Source: Octopus sinensis | Taxonomy: Eukaryota | Direction of reading: 5' to 3' | Assembly (NCBI RefSeq): GCF_006345805.1 | Contig: NC_042998.1 | Location: forward strand, 186,496,001 to 186,560,000 | Length of the DNA stretch: 64,000 nt | Shown: positions 1 to 60,580 of the stretch, piece by piece | Layout: every line of letters starts with the position of its first letter | Position numbering within the stretch: the first letter of the stretch is position 1 | The notes under the pieces: generated by a model | What the model was told of the DNA's origin: nothing | The model's database searches: none | Seen by the model: only the letters and a program-made list of their open reading frames with translations | Position numbers and translations under genes: made by a program

Positions 1-1164
1 TGAACATTTTTACTTTCTCAAAATGCAATTATAAGAATAAATTTTCAAAACAAGTTTAAAAGGTTTATAGTTGTGTAGTAAAAATACTAAATATTTTCAA
101 AATAATGTTATTTCCAAATTAAATAACATTAATTTAAGAGTATACCAAAATTTCAAATGTTCCCAATGGTTCTTAGAGTTGAAATTATGTTAATGGTAGC
201 TCACACATCCCAACTAATAGAAAAAAAAAATCAAATGTTTTATTCTAACAGCCTTCAAGACAAATTGAGAGAGGAGAGCCAGTAATCACTGGGAAACTGG
301 TCATCGTGAAAAAAACATTTCAACACTAACACAAATTGATACAGCTACCCAGATGGAAACTTTTTTTTTTTTTTTTATCAACCATTTTCTCTTGTTCTTT
401 CCTATCTTTAATTCTAAAGTCCTAATCAGCCATTTGTTTCAACAGTACAAGTTCAAAAATGTATTGGTGTGAGCAAATATTAACAACATTGTTTTAACTA
501 TGAGGAAATAGTGTCTGAGCTTTCGAGATCAACAATTGAATTCTCACATAAAGATCAGGTTATAACAAATATTCAATAGAAGGGGAAGCAATGATAACTG
601 ATTACCTAATTATAATCTTGGCACATTGGAAACTAATTAAATGAAATAATACCCACTTACTATAGTATGGTATCATATAGGGCAATTTACCAAATACATA
701 CAACAGAAAACAAATATTACAAAGATTGAAATAAACACAAAATATTCACTAAATAAATTTCTTTGACTTACAAAAGAGTTCTATTTGCACTTCATCTGGG
801 CAGTACTGAAGTTCTTTCAAATGAATCATAACATTAACATAACTTTACCACTAATTTTTTGATTTGGAAGATATTTTCAATTGTTAATGTCAATTCTTAT
901 GGTTAACTACTTTTCCCAAAACTAATCAATCATCTACGCTGAAAGTATTTTGCTTTATAAAACATTACAATACAATTTAAGGCATTTGGGTCAGCAACTC
1001 AACTTTTGTGCTGTAGCTTTGATCAAATATTTCAGAGTAACCAATGCTAACATTTACTGCACAGGACATGAAAAGAAACTAGTCAGAACATTATGTCAAA
1101 GTTCATGAATAGCTTTCTTGCCATAGGCATTTCAACTTTACTATAATGTCTGTCTTATAAAATA

Positions 1165-2353
1165 TTAGGTTGTCTCAGATGAAATGTCGCATTTGAAAGG
1201 TAACAATAAAATGTTTCAGAAGTGTTAGAGAACTGATTTATTTAATCAAAGTAGGATCCTGTGATAAACTGTCTGAATGCTTCAATTACCTCTTTATTTA
1301 AGAATGTTTTATTGCTTATTAAAAGCTCAAAATGCTTAAATAAGAGATGATCAGTAGGATAGATATAAGGGGAATAAGGAGGATGTTGCTGAATCTCTTA
1401 ATTCAGGCTTTGCAACTTTTTGACCGTAGCTTGAGGAGTGTGAGGACGTATATTGACGTGGAGCAAAATTGGGCCATCTCTATTCACTAGTCTGGGTTGC
1501 TTCTTTTTCAAATTCTCATGCATACAATCAATTTCCTGGTAATACAATGTTGCTGCTACCATTTTCCCTTGTTTCAAAAATTAATAACGAATAACTCCCT
1601 TCGCAGACCACCATACAGAGACCACTAACTTTTTAGGGTGTAATGGTGGATTTGGGTAGTGTTTAGGTTGACTCTCCTGCATCTAATCACTGTCCTGTTC
1701 TCCTGCTGTTGTCAAACAGTATCCATTTTTCATCACAAGTAATGGTATGATGCAAAAATGGTCTTTTTCCAGTCGAGAAAGCAGTAAGGAGCACACTTCA
1801 AGGTGTCTGTTTTTTTTTTTTAATTTCGTTCAGTTGATGTGGAACAAACCTATCAGTTTTCTTGACTTTTCCAATTTTTTACAGGTGTCCAAAAACAGTT
1901 GTGCGAGATGTCTGGAGTTCTGATGAAAGTTTTCAAACTGTTGTTCTTGGATTTTGTTCAACCAAAGCATTTAATCCATCATGCCAAATAACTGACATTG
2001 GCCTACCCCTTGGTTTATTTTCCTGAATGAAAGCTTTGGCTATCATCTTGAACGAGAGCTTTGTAACCATCTCTGAACAGTTCTGATGTCAACAAAACCA
2101 TTACCAAAGGCCCACTTGATATTCCATAGAACTTCTGTGCCAGAGTGACCCAGTTTGTACTCATATAAGAAAATCACTCAACATAGTTTGGTTGTTATCA
2201 TTTTCATAAAGTCTATAGATACGAATTTTGTATACCAATATTGTTGCGAAAGAAGAAGAGTCAAGATTAAATGTAAGGTATACATAATTGAGTTTTTAAA
2301 TAACTGAAATAACAAGTAATTAAAAATGCGACATTTCATGTGAAACAACCTAA
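1165..2353 (-). mobile_element. Near full-length degenerate mariner DNA transposon
   Basis: About 30-bp terminal inverted repeats TTAGGTTGTCTCAGATGAAATGTCGCATTT / AAATGCGACATTTCATGTGAAACAACCTAA, flanked by TA at 1163-1164 and 2354-2355. Minus-strand transposase fragments FLYEYKLGH...RTVQRW, FVPHQL, ITCDEKWILFDN and HPPYSPYIYPTDHLLF, broken by frameshifts. Confidence 0.9.
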
Positions 2354-3010
2354 TATATGGTTTTTCAGCTACACTGAACAGATCCAGCAACTATATAGAT
2401 CCTTTGCTACTGAGTTATGTATGGAGTGTTAGCCAAGGATCACAACCCATGAACCTGTTTGGTTGATAATAACTGCTTTTATTGTTTTGAGTAGTTAGCA
2501 GTAAGGAAAGCATCCAAAATACCTGCCCTAACAAAATACAAAATTTCAGTCATCACCTGCTCATGAATTTAGGGAAAATAATTAGCATCAGTTAATGTCC
2601 GTCTTCCATGCTGACATGAGTTTGATAGGATCCAACAAATTGAAGAGCTGTATTGAGCTCCAATTTTGACACAATTCCTATGGCTGGAGACTCTTCCTAA
2701 AACCAACCACTTTATAGAATGTATTAAATGCTTTCTTTTTTCATAACACCAGAAACTAGTGAGGTTGCAAACTATCTCAAGACAAATAAAAAGACCTCTC
2801 AACTAATTGGGGTTTTAGTAGAGAGAGAGAGGTGGTTTTATGCAGGTGTTTAAAAAGATGAAACATGAATTCATATCCTGTAATACAACTAGCATTACTT
2901 GGAAACAAAATTTAATGTTGATTTCTAAGTTTTAAGAAGACAAAAATAAAGATCATTTAACTTTGAAACCCAAGAAAAATAAATGGGGGAGAAAAAACCA
3001 AATCTTTTAC

Positions 3011-49264
<46,254 letters not shown>

Positions 49265-52200
49265 CTGCAAGTAAAAATAGATAAATATTAAAGCATATGG
49301 CTTTTTTCATAACATCATGGATTTTATTTAAACTATTTCAAAAAGTAAAAATTCAATTCCAGAACTTCTACAACACAATTTTTACAGATAATACTTTCTA
49401 TTTTAACTAAAAAAAGAAAGAAAAAATGGTGCTCTACAGAGTACTTTGCACATTTTAAAATAAGCCCCACCCCTTTACTTTTTTAGTCACATTTCTGAAA
49501 CTTAGCCTATGTCCTCCCCGGGTCACTTAAACTCTTCCCCAAGGACTGAGTTTCTGTGTGAATATTTACTTCTATATATAGACAATCTTGTCGATTTTAG
49601 ATTTTAGTTAGAGAAGAGATACACATGCATACATTAGTGGCGAACCACAAGACCAAGTACTTAAAAACCACAATGGTGAATTTCTTTTATACGTGGATTT
49701 TCAACACTACCTTAGGGTTCATGTACTACAAGTTCATAATTTTTATGCGTTTCCATTTTGGAATTTGGCTTTGAAACCATACCTCTACCAGAGAAAGTAC
49801 TTGTACACTATAAACATGTTAAGCAAAAATAGTTCTTGTAAAATAACTAAAACCCAAAATTAGGAATTGCTTTTCTATAAAATCAAGCACTGAAATCAAT
49901 TTACAGTAAGCAACTTTCTTTTTTAATCCCTACTATACTTAGCTTATCAATTCTTTAAGGAACAAAAACTATGTCAGCTTAAGCTCCAAACTTGTTAGTG
50001 GCAAGAATCACTTTTAGAACACTTTCTATTAATGCTAAATGTTAAGATATACTTTGGTAAATAGTAAGATAGTGTTTAATTATGTTGAAAATAATCTGCC
50101 AATGGTCTTTCCAAAAAAAAAAAAAAAAAATTGGTAGCTTAACAGAAAACAAAACGCCTTATCTGTTAACCTAAAGCTGAAGACAATAAATAAAGCAACC
50201 AATTCTCTGGTGGTAAAGAAATGGCTAAGTAACAGGGGAATGGTTTTAACAAACAAGACTTTCAGAAAAGATATAATGAATATATTGTTCAAAGAATTTA
50301 ATTAGTAAACACAATTTTGAGTGATAGGTAGAGTGATAAAACTGAATTAATAGGAAAGAAATGAAGTTAAAGCAAAAATAGGTAAAGAAGAAATAGAACA
50401 GACATGAAAGACAATGGAAATGAGATGAAAACATAAAACTAAGGTAACTGAACAACCAAATAAAAGAATTCACCAAGATACTATTTGGGTTACCCATGGA
50501 GCACATTTCAACATAGGTAACCCCTGACACAACAATAATACACACCATAAACAATACTGTTTTAACTATCATTAAGATGGAGCAATGTAACAAGCTAGTT
50601 GCTAATTATAAAGTTTAATGGTAAGTTAGTTACTTAATTTTAAAATAAATAAAAAGAAAATATAAACTATCTCATTTTAACAAAAATACATTTGTTGAAA
50701 CGCACATTTGAAACAGCACAAACCATTCACTGTGAAAACAGTTAAAGAAACATTTAACTGATAAATAAACAATGTTCACATTATTTCATCTAACACGGTC
50801 TCAGCGATTTTGAATTTAAATTCATTTCAAGAGGAAAGGTATCCACGCTGTACTGACAAGAAAGTAGCACATTTTCCTTCTCTACTTCCATGCTAGAAGC
50901 TTGAAAATGTCAAATAAAAAAAACAAAAAACTGTTGTAAGACTGAATAAATAGATCTACTGTTCTGCATTGTGCTTAACATATGAGAAAAGCCCCAAAGC
51001 TTATATCAAAACTCCTTTTATTAACTTAGATAAAACAGACTTACAGAATTAAACCTAAGCCAAAAGCAAAACTTAAATCAACTTTATTTGCTTAAGTCAC
51101 ATAAATGTATATCTATTTTCTAGAAGCATTGATTGTACATCCTGCCAGAAATTGTAACCAACCAGCTGCAAATTATACCCCAGAATCTTAAAAGAGAAGG
51201 ATGTGTTTGATAATTTAGTCCCAGATACTGACTGTATGGACACAGCTGGGATATTTTTGATCACAAGTCAGCTCAGTCAGAGCTAAAGTGGACTAAGCAA
51301 TACCAACAATACTGGTAACGTTTGTGTAAAAATAATTCATAGGGTATTGTGCTCACGATTTCTAGATTCTGGGTTTGATTCCTGGACTGGGTGGCACACT
51401 GTGTTCTTGAGCAAAACCTTTCATTTCATGTTGCTCTGCTATCATTTTGGCATCTGATGTGTGGAACACTTGTGCACTTCCATCTACCAAATTCATTTAC
51501 AAGGTTTTGGTTGACCCAGGAATATTGTGAAAGTTATTTGCCCAAAGTGACTTGGGACTAAATTATCAAATATATCCTTCCTTTTTATGAACAACGAAAA
51601 TAATTCATAATTTCATTTTACATGACATCTTGTAAGTAACTCCCTTCTTTCCATTATATTTTTTTCAGTTATGTTTTTGAAGTGAAAGCATGCTGCATTA
51701 ACGCATAAGTGGATTATCATTAAACATGAAAGGGTATTTATTATTGCTAACTTATTTTCAATCAGAGTAGAAGAAAAGAGGATCACAACTACTAAAGATA
51801 TTTACTATCGACATCCTTGCATTATAGAATATTGCACTACTGAAAATCATGCGGGAAAGTAGGTTTTATGTTCATATTACAGCAAAATTTCTAAGAGTGC
51901 AATGCTTCCGCAATATGGGAGATGCTGGTATTAATGAAAGATAATTACTCATATTCAGCATTGACTGAAGGACCTCTAGTAGAAATACAAGTGAGAGCTC
52001 TTTGAATCATTAGATAAACTAGCTATACCAAATATGATGTCTAATGCACAGAACTACTGTACTGGGGGGAAAAAAGTCTAAGCAAATGACAACATTATTA
52101 AAGCCAATTAATAACTGAAGTTATGTAAAACTTAAAAATGAGATCTAGGTCTTGTCTCATTATTTGACTTCAATTAGAAATAAACTAAAATCATCTCTTA

Positions 52201-53935
52201 ATTAGACACAGAGTTAAGAGTTGCGACAAAAGGAAATTGGATGCTGTAGCATTCAAACCTTTTCTAAATATATTGAAAACTGAAACATAGATTATATTAA
52301 AGGAAATTTATACAAAGACATAATAATTTCTTTACTAAGCTGATGGACAATAATAACAAATAGTTACATCTAATGATACATATTTCATAACATTTAAATG
52401 TTGAAAAACGTTAAACATAAACATAACCACAAAGCAACTGAAAGTGTTGAAAATAACATTTAACCATAAAGAAGTAAATAAAGAAATATTAATCAGAAAC
52501 AAAATTCAAGCAGAAACCTGGCTATACTTAAGTGACAGACAGTTTTACAACCATTCTTATTTACAAAGCTAACTAATATGAATACAATGATTTTCTCAAG
52601 AATGAATGCACAAGTGCTCAATGTCTGAAACTAATTTTTAATGTTGCTGAAGAGGAATCTGGTACTGGTTAGCTGGAAATATACTAAAAATTAACCACAT
52701 GAAAAGTAACAACTATGTACACAAAAGGATAAAGATTTGTATAAGAAATATTACACACCACAGAATATAATTAATGTAAGTGTATATATCGTTGTTTTAC
52801 AGCCATTTTTCCATGCTAGCATGGGTTAAGTGAATATATAATATAGACAATGTTTTATAATCAGATGCCCTTCCTATCTGCAACCTGATTTTCAAGTAAG
52901 GGATTCTTAATTCCAAAAGTCTTCAAACAGCGAAGAAAGCTGGAGATTTGCTGGCAGAGGTGACAACACACCTATCTCACAACCTGCATAGAACACAAAT
53001 GTAAGCCAACACACATATATATATATATATATATATATGATAATCATCATAGGCATTTAACATCCACTTTTCCACATTTGCATAGGTCAGGTGGAATTGG
53101 CTGAGGCAGATTTTCTAGTCAAATGCTCTTCCTATTGCCAACATTCACCTGTTTCCAAGCAGGCATGTTCATAATGAAAGACTGGAAATGAATAACATCA
53201 CTTGTATGATGGTGATGCTTGTTGATAATCATCACATGATGCCAAGACATAGACACCCTCAAACACACAAAATGGAGTACTTTCAGTTCTGTAAAATCTT
53301 CTCAAGGTTTTGATCAACCTGAAGGTACAGTAGAAGTCACTTGTCCAAGATGTTGTGGAATGGCACTGACCCCCCAAACCACAAGTTCAAGAAGCAAGCT
53401 TCTTAACCACATAACAATGCATATATCATACTTTATGTTTCCATCTACCAAATTCATTTTCAAGGTTTTGGTTGACCCAGAAATATTGTGAAAGTTATTT
53501 TCCCTAAGTGGCCTAAAGGGGGACTGGAACAAAAACCACATTGTTGGGAAGTAAACTTCTTAATCCTGCTGCAGTACAATTTGTTTAAGAAGTGTGTATG
53601 TGTTTATACTCACACACACTGGAATCTCTTGTCAAAGATATCATGATTGTTCAGTTTATGCTGAACGAGCTGCACAAATGATTTGCTTATAGTAATCAAA
53701 ATGTATGTGCTGTACACCAGCACACTCCCTCCATCAAATCGACATTGCTTGTTCAGGTGCACAAGTGTTCCACACATCAGATGCCTAAATGATTGCAGAA
53801 CAACATAAAGTGAAAGGTTTTGCTCAAAAACACAGTGTACCACCCAGTCCAGGAATCAAACCCAGAATCTAACAATTGTGAGCACAATACCCTAACCACT
53901 AGGCCACAGATCAATGTTGATCAGAATGTGATTAA

Positions 53936-54151
53936 CCCTTTTGTTACTGTATTTATTTTGAGATGCTCTGTGTTTCTTTCAATTATTTTAAACAAAGAAT
54001 TTAGTAAAATAATTTAGTTATCATTCAGATAGTGTTTGGAACATAAATTGTGACTAAGGCTTGGTGGAATATTTTAATTCAAAACTTATGAAAACAAGAC
54101 ATTTATACTACAGAGCCAGAGCCGCTTTTGGCCGGGTTGGTAACAAAAGGG
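53936..54151. mobile_element. TTAA-flanked MITE (piggyBac-like), second subfamily
   Basis: TTAA CCCTTTTGTTAC...GTAACAAAAGGG TTAA, 12-bp perfect terminal inverted repeats. Confidence 0.85.
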
Positions 54152-54603
54152 TTAAAGTATATCCAGATATTACTGAGGAAACATTTCAATGTCTCCTACA
54201 TAGTGAAAAGAAGATACCTACTATTTAAAAGCATTTATATTCTTCTAAACAAGCCACAGAGCAACATCAACAATGTGTTTCCTGCACTGAAGAACCCTAC
54301 TTTCCATAAGTATATGATGTTACAGTTTCGCTAACAAGAAAAATACATAACTGCCTTCTGTTATTCTTCTCTCTACAATAGTTTTACAGACTATAAAGCA
54401 GCACTTAAAAAGAAAAAGTATCAACTCAGTATATTGTTACATCAGCACAAAAAAAAAAAAAAAACTTAATTCATAATCTAAGAAATTACAAATGATTTAT
54501 TAAAATGATTGCTGAGGGTTTTTATGCTTAAAATGAGTAATCTCAAAATAATCGAGAAAGAAGAGACTATATACATACATACATACATACATTATATATA
54601 TAT

Positions 54604-54648
<45 letters not shown>

Positions 54649-54911
54649 ACAAAGGGTGAAATTAATTAATTAATTAAGAAGTAATCAGTAATTTCACCAA
54701 GTAGAATTCGGCATGAAAAGGACCATTCCAAGGTAAGTTTAAGTAATACTATATAATTAGGGTTCAGCAACGATTTGCTTCACCACATACCGAAGTTTAG
54801 AAATAGCAGTCAAAAAATCTTGGCTATTCCTTCTACTTTAAAGGGAGTTCCCAGAAAAACCAAAGCACTTGAAAACAAACCACACAGGCAAAAAGGGAAA
54901 AAATGACGAAA

Positions 54912-54950
<39 letters not shown>

Positions 54951-55334
54951 CTATTAACACTATACTGGATAACAGATCACAGCAAATAAAAGGAATTTCG
55001 ATGGCTGCCTCCTTATTACACTGACTAAATTGATAGTTTAATTTAGAAGATTTAGGAAACCTGTATTTAGTTTCAGAGCATACCCCTTCTACAACCTGAA
55101 ACATATTTTAACCCAGTTTTAAACAGAGAGATGAGAAATATTTCAGGAATGCTATAATCCATTACTTTTTACTGATAATACTACATTACAACCACCAAGA
55201 AGGCTTGTCACACTTGAATTCATTTTTCCAGTTAACAGGGAGATAGAATTCAGAGCCTGTGTACAAACTTAGAAGCTTCGCTGACTGTCTACTACAGTGC
55301 TCAAGTCCTTGGTTTTTATATCATTAATTTTAGC

Positions 55335-55535
55335 TTTTACTTGTTCCACTTGTTGGACTGCAGTTATGCTGGGGCACTGTTTTTAGGGATTTAATCAAAC
55401 AAATCAACCCCAGTATTTTTCTTTAAGTCTGGTACTTATTCTATTGGTCCTTTTTTTTTTTTTTTATACCAAACTGCTATGTGATGGGGGACATAAATTA
55501 TCACTGGTTGCCAAGCAATAGTAGAAGACAAACAT

Positions 55536-55576
<41 letters not shown>

Positions 55577-55737
55577 GATAGGCTGCCACAAAGTTCCCAT
55601 CAACCAAATTCACTCACAAGTTATTGGTCAACCCAAGGCTATAGAAAAAGATACTTGCTCAAGGTGTTGTGCAGTGGGACTGAACTGAAAACCACATGGT
55701 TACAAAGAGATCTTAATCACACAACCTATAGGTGCCT
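55335..55737 (-). mobile_element. Older tRNA-derived SINE copy
   Basis: Diverged match to 35138-35530. Confidence 0.75.
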
Positions 55738-56734
55738 ATATCTGATTTATCGTGCTTGCATGAATTAAGCAACATAGAATTTAGAGACAATTGAAAACTT
55801 ATGACTCTTATAGCTGGATAGACAACAATTTTTTAAAACTTCAATCTAATATCTGTGAAATCAATTGTTATACTTATAACCATGGTTACTTTCAAAGACT
55901 GCACAAACAAAAGACTGCCAAGTAGGATATAATAGCAAACAGATTACAAAACATTTTAAGGAAATTGCATAAATTGCTTAGCAATTATGACCCCCTCAGT
56001 TGGAATTCAGTCACAGTATTACACCCTTACTTTATCCCCACTCCTATAAAAAAAATTTTTTTAACTGAGAATGTATTCCCATGCATCACTTCAGACTTCA
56101 GTGATCAGCAAAAGAGAGGGAGGTATGGAACCTATCCTTGTACAGAAAAAAGAAAATTAACAAAATTATCTTCAGAAATATTTAACTGAACACTCCTGTC
56201 CTAATGATAAGAAATGAGTGATAGATTGTGAAGTTTATTTAGAATAAAGAGATTAGTCACTATAGGAAATCTTAACAGATACAAGACACATTTGAAATAT
56301 AACAAACCTTCAGTTGTCCCTTCCTCTTAACTAAACAAAAAGAAAAGAAAAACTACATTCTGTTCCTGATGTCTTTTATATTTTTGCATTTTTTTTAATT
56401 TTTTTAATTTGGAAGACAAATAATGAAAGTCAAAATTCCAATTAATCTATTTGGGACAACAAAAACCACATTTTTTATTGTAAAATCTTTGGTAGAATAC
56501 TTTCAAACAGGACAAAGTATTCATAGATATTCTAGATTAGACAGGACTTGAACGTCAAAATATTAGAATTACACAGTCTATAAGGAAACTATCTAGAACA
56601 GTTAGTTATAGCAGATGAAAAACATCAGCTACAAAATGCCACTAAAGTAAACAACAAAATTCTTCATAAGTTTACACAGTTTCAAAATGAAGAACAGAAA
56701 GTTATATGGAATGTCTTAATGAATCAGGTTTATA

Positions 56735-56950
56735 CTCTCTCTCTTTTACTCTTGTTTCAGTCATTTGACTGTGGCCATGCTGGAGCACCGCCTTTAGTCG
56801 AGCAAACTGACTCCAGGACTTATTCTTTGTAAGCCTAGTACTTATTCTATCGGTTTCTTTTACCGAACCGCTAAGTTACAGGGACGTAAACACACAAGTA
56901 TCAGTTGTTAAGTGATGTGGGGGGGGGAACAAACACAGACACAAACATAT

Positions 56951-57003
<53 letters not shown>

Positions 57004-57163
57004 TACAACAGGCTTCTTTCAGTTTCTGTCTACCAAATCCACTCACACGGCTTTGGTTGAACTGAAGCTATAGTAGAAGACACTTGCCCAAGGTGCCACG
57101 CAGTGGGACTGAACCCAGAACCATGTGGTTGGTAAGCAAGCTACTTACCACACAGCCACTCCT
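56735..57163 (-). mobile_element. tRNA-derived SINE (family of 35138-35530)
   Basis: High similarity across the full length. Confidence 0.9.
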
Positions 57164-58204
57164 ACAGAGGAAATAAAACATGAAAGATATACACTAAACA
57201 GAGACAACTGAAGTGGTATAAATGAGAATCCAGAGAATGAAGTGAACTGAATTTTCATAAGAGCCAATGGGATCATTTCTAAAGGACTGAGGGCAGTGGA
57301 TTGGCAGAATCATTAGAGAATCCTAAGTAATACCTTGTAGTTATTTCTTCTGGTTTTTTACACTCTGGGGTCAACTTTGCCTTCCATCTTTCCAGTGTCA
57401 ATAAAATGAGGTACCAGTCAAGTACTGGAGTCAATGTAACTAATTAACCCACTTTCTTCAAAAATTGCTGGTCTTGTGCTGATATCAGAACCAATCAGTA
57501 TAAAATTCAACCGAATTCAGGACAAGCAATATTAAAAGTAGAGTTCTTTGAAAGTGTAATTCATGACCCATTTTCATTTTGAGAAAGAGCATGAACATCA
57601 CACATTCACAATTTTCCCAACAAAAATATTCTTCAGAATTTAGTACATAAGCTTGATGACTTGCCTAAACAAAACCATCACTGTAATTTCACTCCATAAG
57701 AGTCAATAAACTACTCCAAGTAGGCCATTTCTCCTCCGACCATTAACAAAACAAACAACACAGACAATGAATATAACAAAAACAACTTGCATAATTGTTT
57801 TAAATGCTCAATGTAGCCACTTCCAGTTAATAGAATCAACAACTAACAATGGCTATGCAATATAATGTGACAATTATTTCAAGTAACATGCTCATATTCA
57901 AACATTTATCAAACTCTTTCCCAAATTCAGTCATCAACACCAAGCAAAAATGGGCATAAAATGAAAAATACACACACTGCACCTAGACATGGGCTTAAAC
58001 ACCAAGAAAAGAATATAAAAATGCCAAACTCAAAGAGCCTCTGGGATATTCAAAATATAAAGTAGACAACAACAATAAACCTGGAAATAATTACTGAACT
58101 CGCTATCTTCAACATATCAAAGCGAGAAAACCTCTATATGGTTGCTCTACTTGCTAAAAACAGAAATCTCCACCAAATCAGTCCTTACTATCTTTAAAAA
58201 AACT

Positions 58205-58289
<85 letters not shown>

Positions 58290-60535
58290 CAGTAGCAGTT
58301 GCATGCACACACACAAACAAACAAACAATCAAATTAGCTGCAGCATCAAAAGCTATATCAAGTCCAAATTCTGAGTTGTTTGGCTATCTGCTACCATAGA
58401 ATCTTAAAAATAAAATAAAATTGAGACTTAATTGAAAGCTTAAATTTTCCTGGAATTTACAGGAAACACAGGGGGTCTCTGAAAATGTAAAAGCCATAGA
58501 AGAACAGCTCTCACAAACCTTTTTACACTACACCCTACACAGCAACCAATGATGGTAGTGTTCTACATGGCTCCAAGGAAGAGTAAAGTATGACCTTACT
58601 AGCAATGCTCCAGCATGGCTGCAGCCTCAAGGTTGAAACATATAGAAGAATAACTCAGAGACTTAGATTGAAGAGCAATGTTCAGTTGGTTTTCACCATA
58701 GGTCTGTCCAGAACTCAGCAACAATTAAAGATAATCTACGAAACAAAATTACTTGATATGACTTACTGTAAATTGTAGTGTCTAAGTAGACTTTTTAAGT
58801 CTATGAAAATTGTTATTATACTAAAGATTGACCTATATACTTCATATAAAATGCAAACATTTACCACTAAGTGGAACAACCAGGCTTACAGTCATTGTGC
58901 ATCACTTCCTGTACTTCCAGCCAAGTTGCCAAAAATATTTTTTATTGAAATCTGTTATTAAACTTAAGAGATTGTAGCTTAAATGAACGAAAACTATATT
59001 AAACAATGTTTCCAAAAACTGATACACTAGAAACCGCAAGACTACAATTTAATATAATTTTTTTAAATGCTTCTTATGCAATTTTATCATAAAACAGTTT
59101 CTTTGTAATTATAGTTTTCTGTTGTAACATCAAAATCTTTCTCTTTGTAAAATCAACACTATTTTACAGAAGCTTTAAATCTTTGCTTTTTTCCCCCCAC
59201 TTAAATGTTTGAGTTTGTATGCTAGGTAAGGTAACTGTATAGTCATTGACAAGTTTCCTTATGTAATTTTCTAGTTCAAATTAATGACAGTTCTAACAGC
59301 AAATTTATTACCAAACATCTTAAAAGAGGTTTCACTTCCAGTCACTCCATACATATTCACTGCAGCACCAATATTTAAAGAGTTTGCAAATGAAATACTT
59401 TTCAGTGTAAAACTAAAGAAATAGTTGGAGAACGCAGGCAAGAGGAAGACATTTTGAGCAATTAAAAAAAAATTGAATGCATGAATATTAAACAACTACA
59501 ACTGATTAAGTAAGATATGATGGACTTTAGCTCCATAAAGTGTTCTTAGGATAGAGTGTGAGTAATGAATGGATATAAGCATAAGCATTTACACTGTGGG
59601 GGACAGAGATCAGTAACAGATAATTTGTCAGATAATAGTTTAACACCGATGCTAACGGCATTACATTTGCAATAGCAAATTTCAGACAAGGCATAACAGT
59701 ATTCTATAATCACATATTGTATGTAGTAGTATGATCAGGGAATAATAACAGTATGCTGTGTATACCATTAATATTTCATTGAAGGTGCTAATTTTGGATT
59801 AAAAAGTGATCACTGAAAGAACTTTACTATTATATATCAGGTCCGTGATAATTTACAGTATAGTAAACGAAGGTTTTTAATAGTTGTTTGGTGACCTACA
59901 TATAGGCGATACCATTGTCTAACTTCCATTTTGTAATTTCTTGTTAAATATGTAAGTTATTTTAAACAACAATACTTTCGTAAATACGTGTGAGAGCTAT
60001 AATGTTAAGGTGAACTGTGATGTATCCATAGCCTTAAATCTGTTCGAGAAAGGAATGTAGTAGATGAAATTATTGCATAGTTCCAGTTTCAGTTACGTTT
60101 GGTCATTCATCAGCTCATGGCTTTAAAGTCATTTGGCAAAAAATTTTTTGGCAATTACGTAACAAGTATCGATTGTGCAGTAAGTCCCATTGTGTATGTT
60201 TGAGTGGGTGAGTATGTACGTAACTATTTCAGGTAAAGCCAGTCAATATACAAAAGGTATCTTAAAATAGGCCAAACACAAATACTACGAAAATTAACTT
60301 TTTCTCAAACTAACATTTACAACAGTGAATTTGCATATTTCTTTTCATTGGTAGTCACCGGAGCATGACTATGCTAGGACACCACCTTGAAGGGTTTAGC
60401 CAAGCAAATCAACCCCAGTACTTATTTAAGACAGGTACTCATTCTATTGGTCTCTGTTTCCAAACTGCTAAGTTACAAGATGTAAATCAACCAACACCAG
60501 CTGCCAAGCAGTGGGGAGGGGGACAAACACACATA

Positions 60536-60579
<44 letters not shown>

Positions 60580-60580
<1 letters not shown>

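Noticed and set aside
1-3010. Next myosin exon (NSFEQLCINYTNEKLQQ)
   Set aside because: Not found by reading; it presumably lies beyond the window start.
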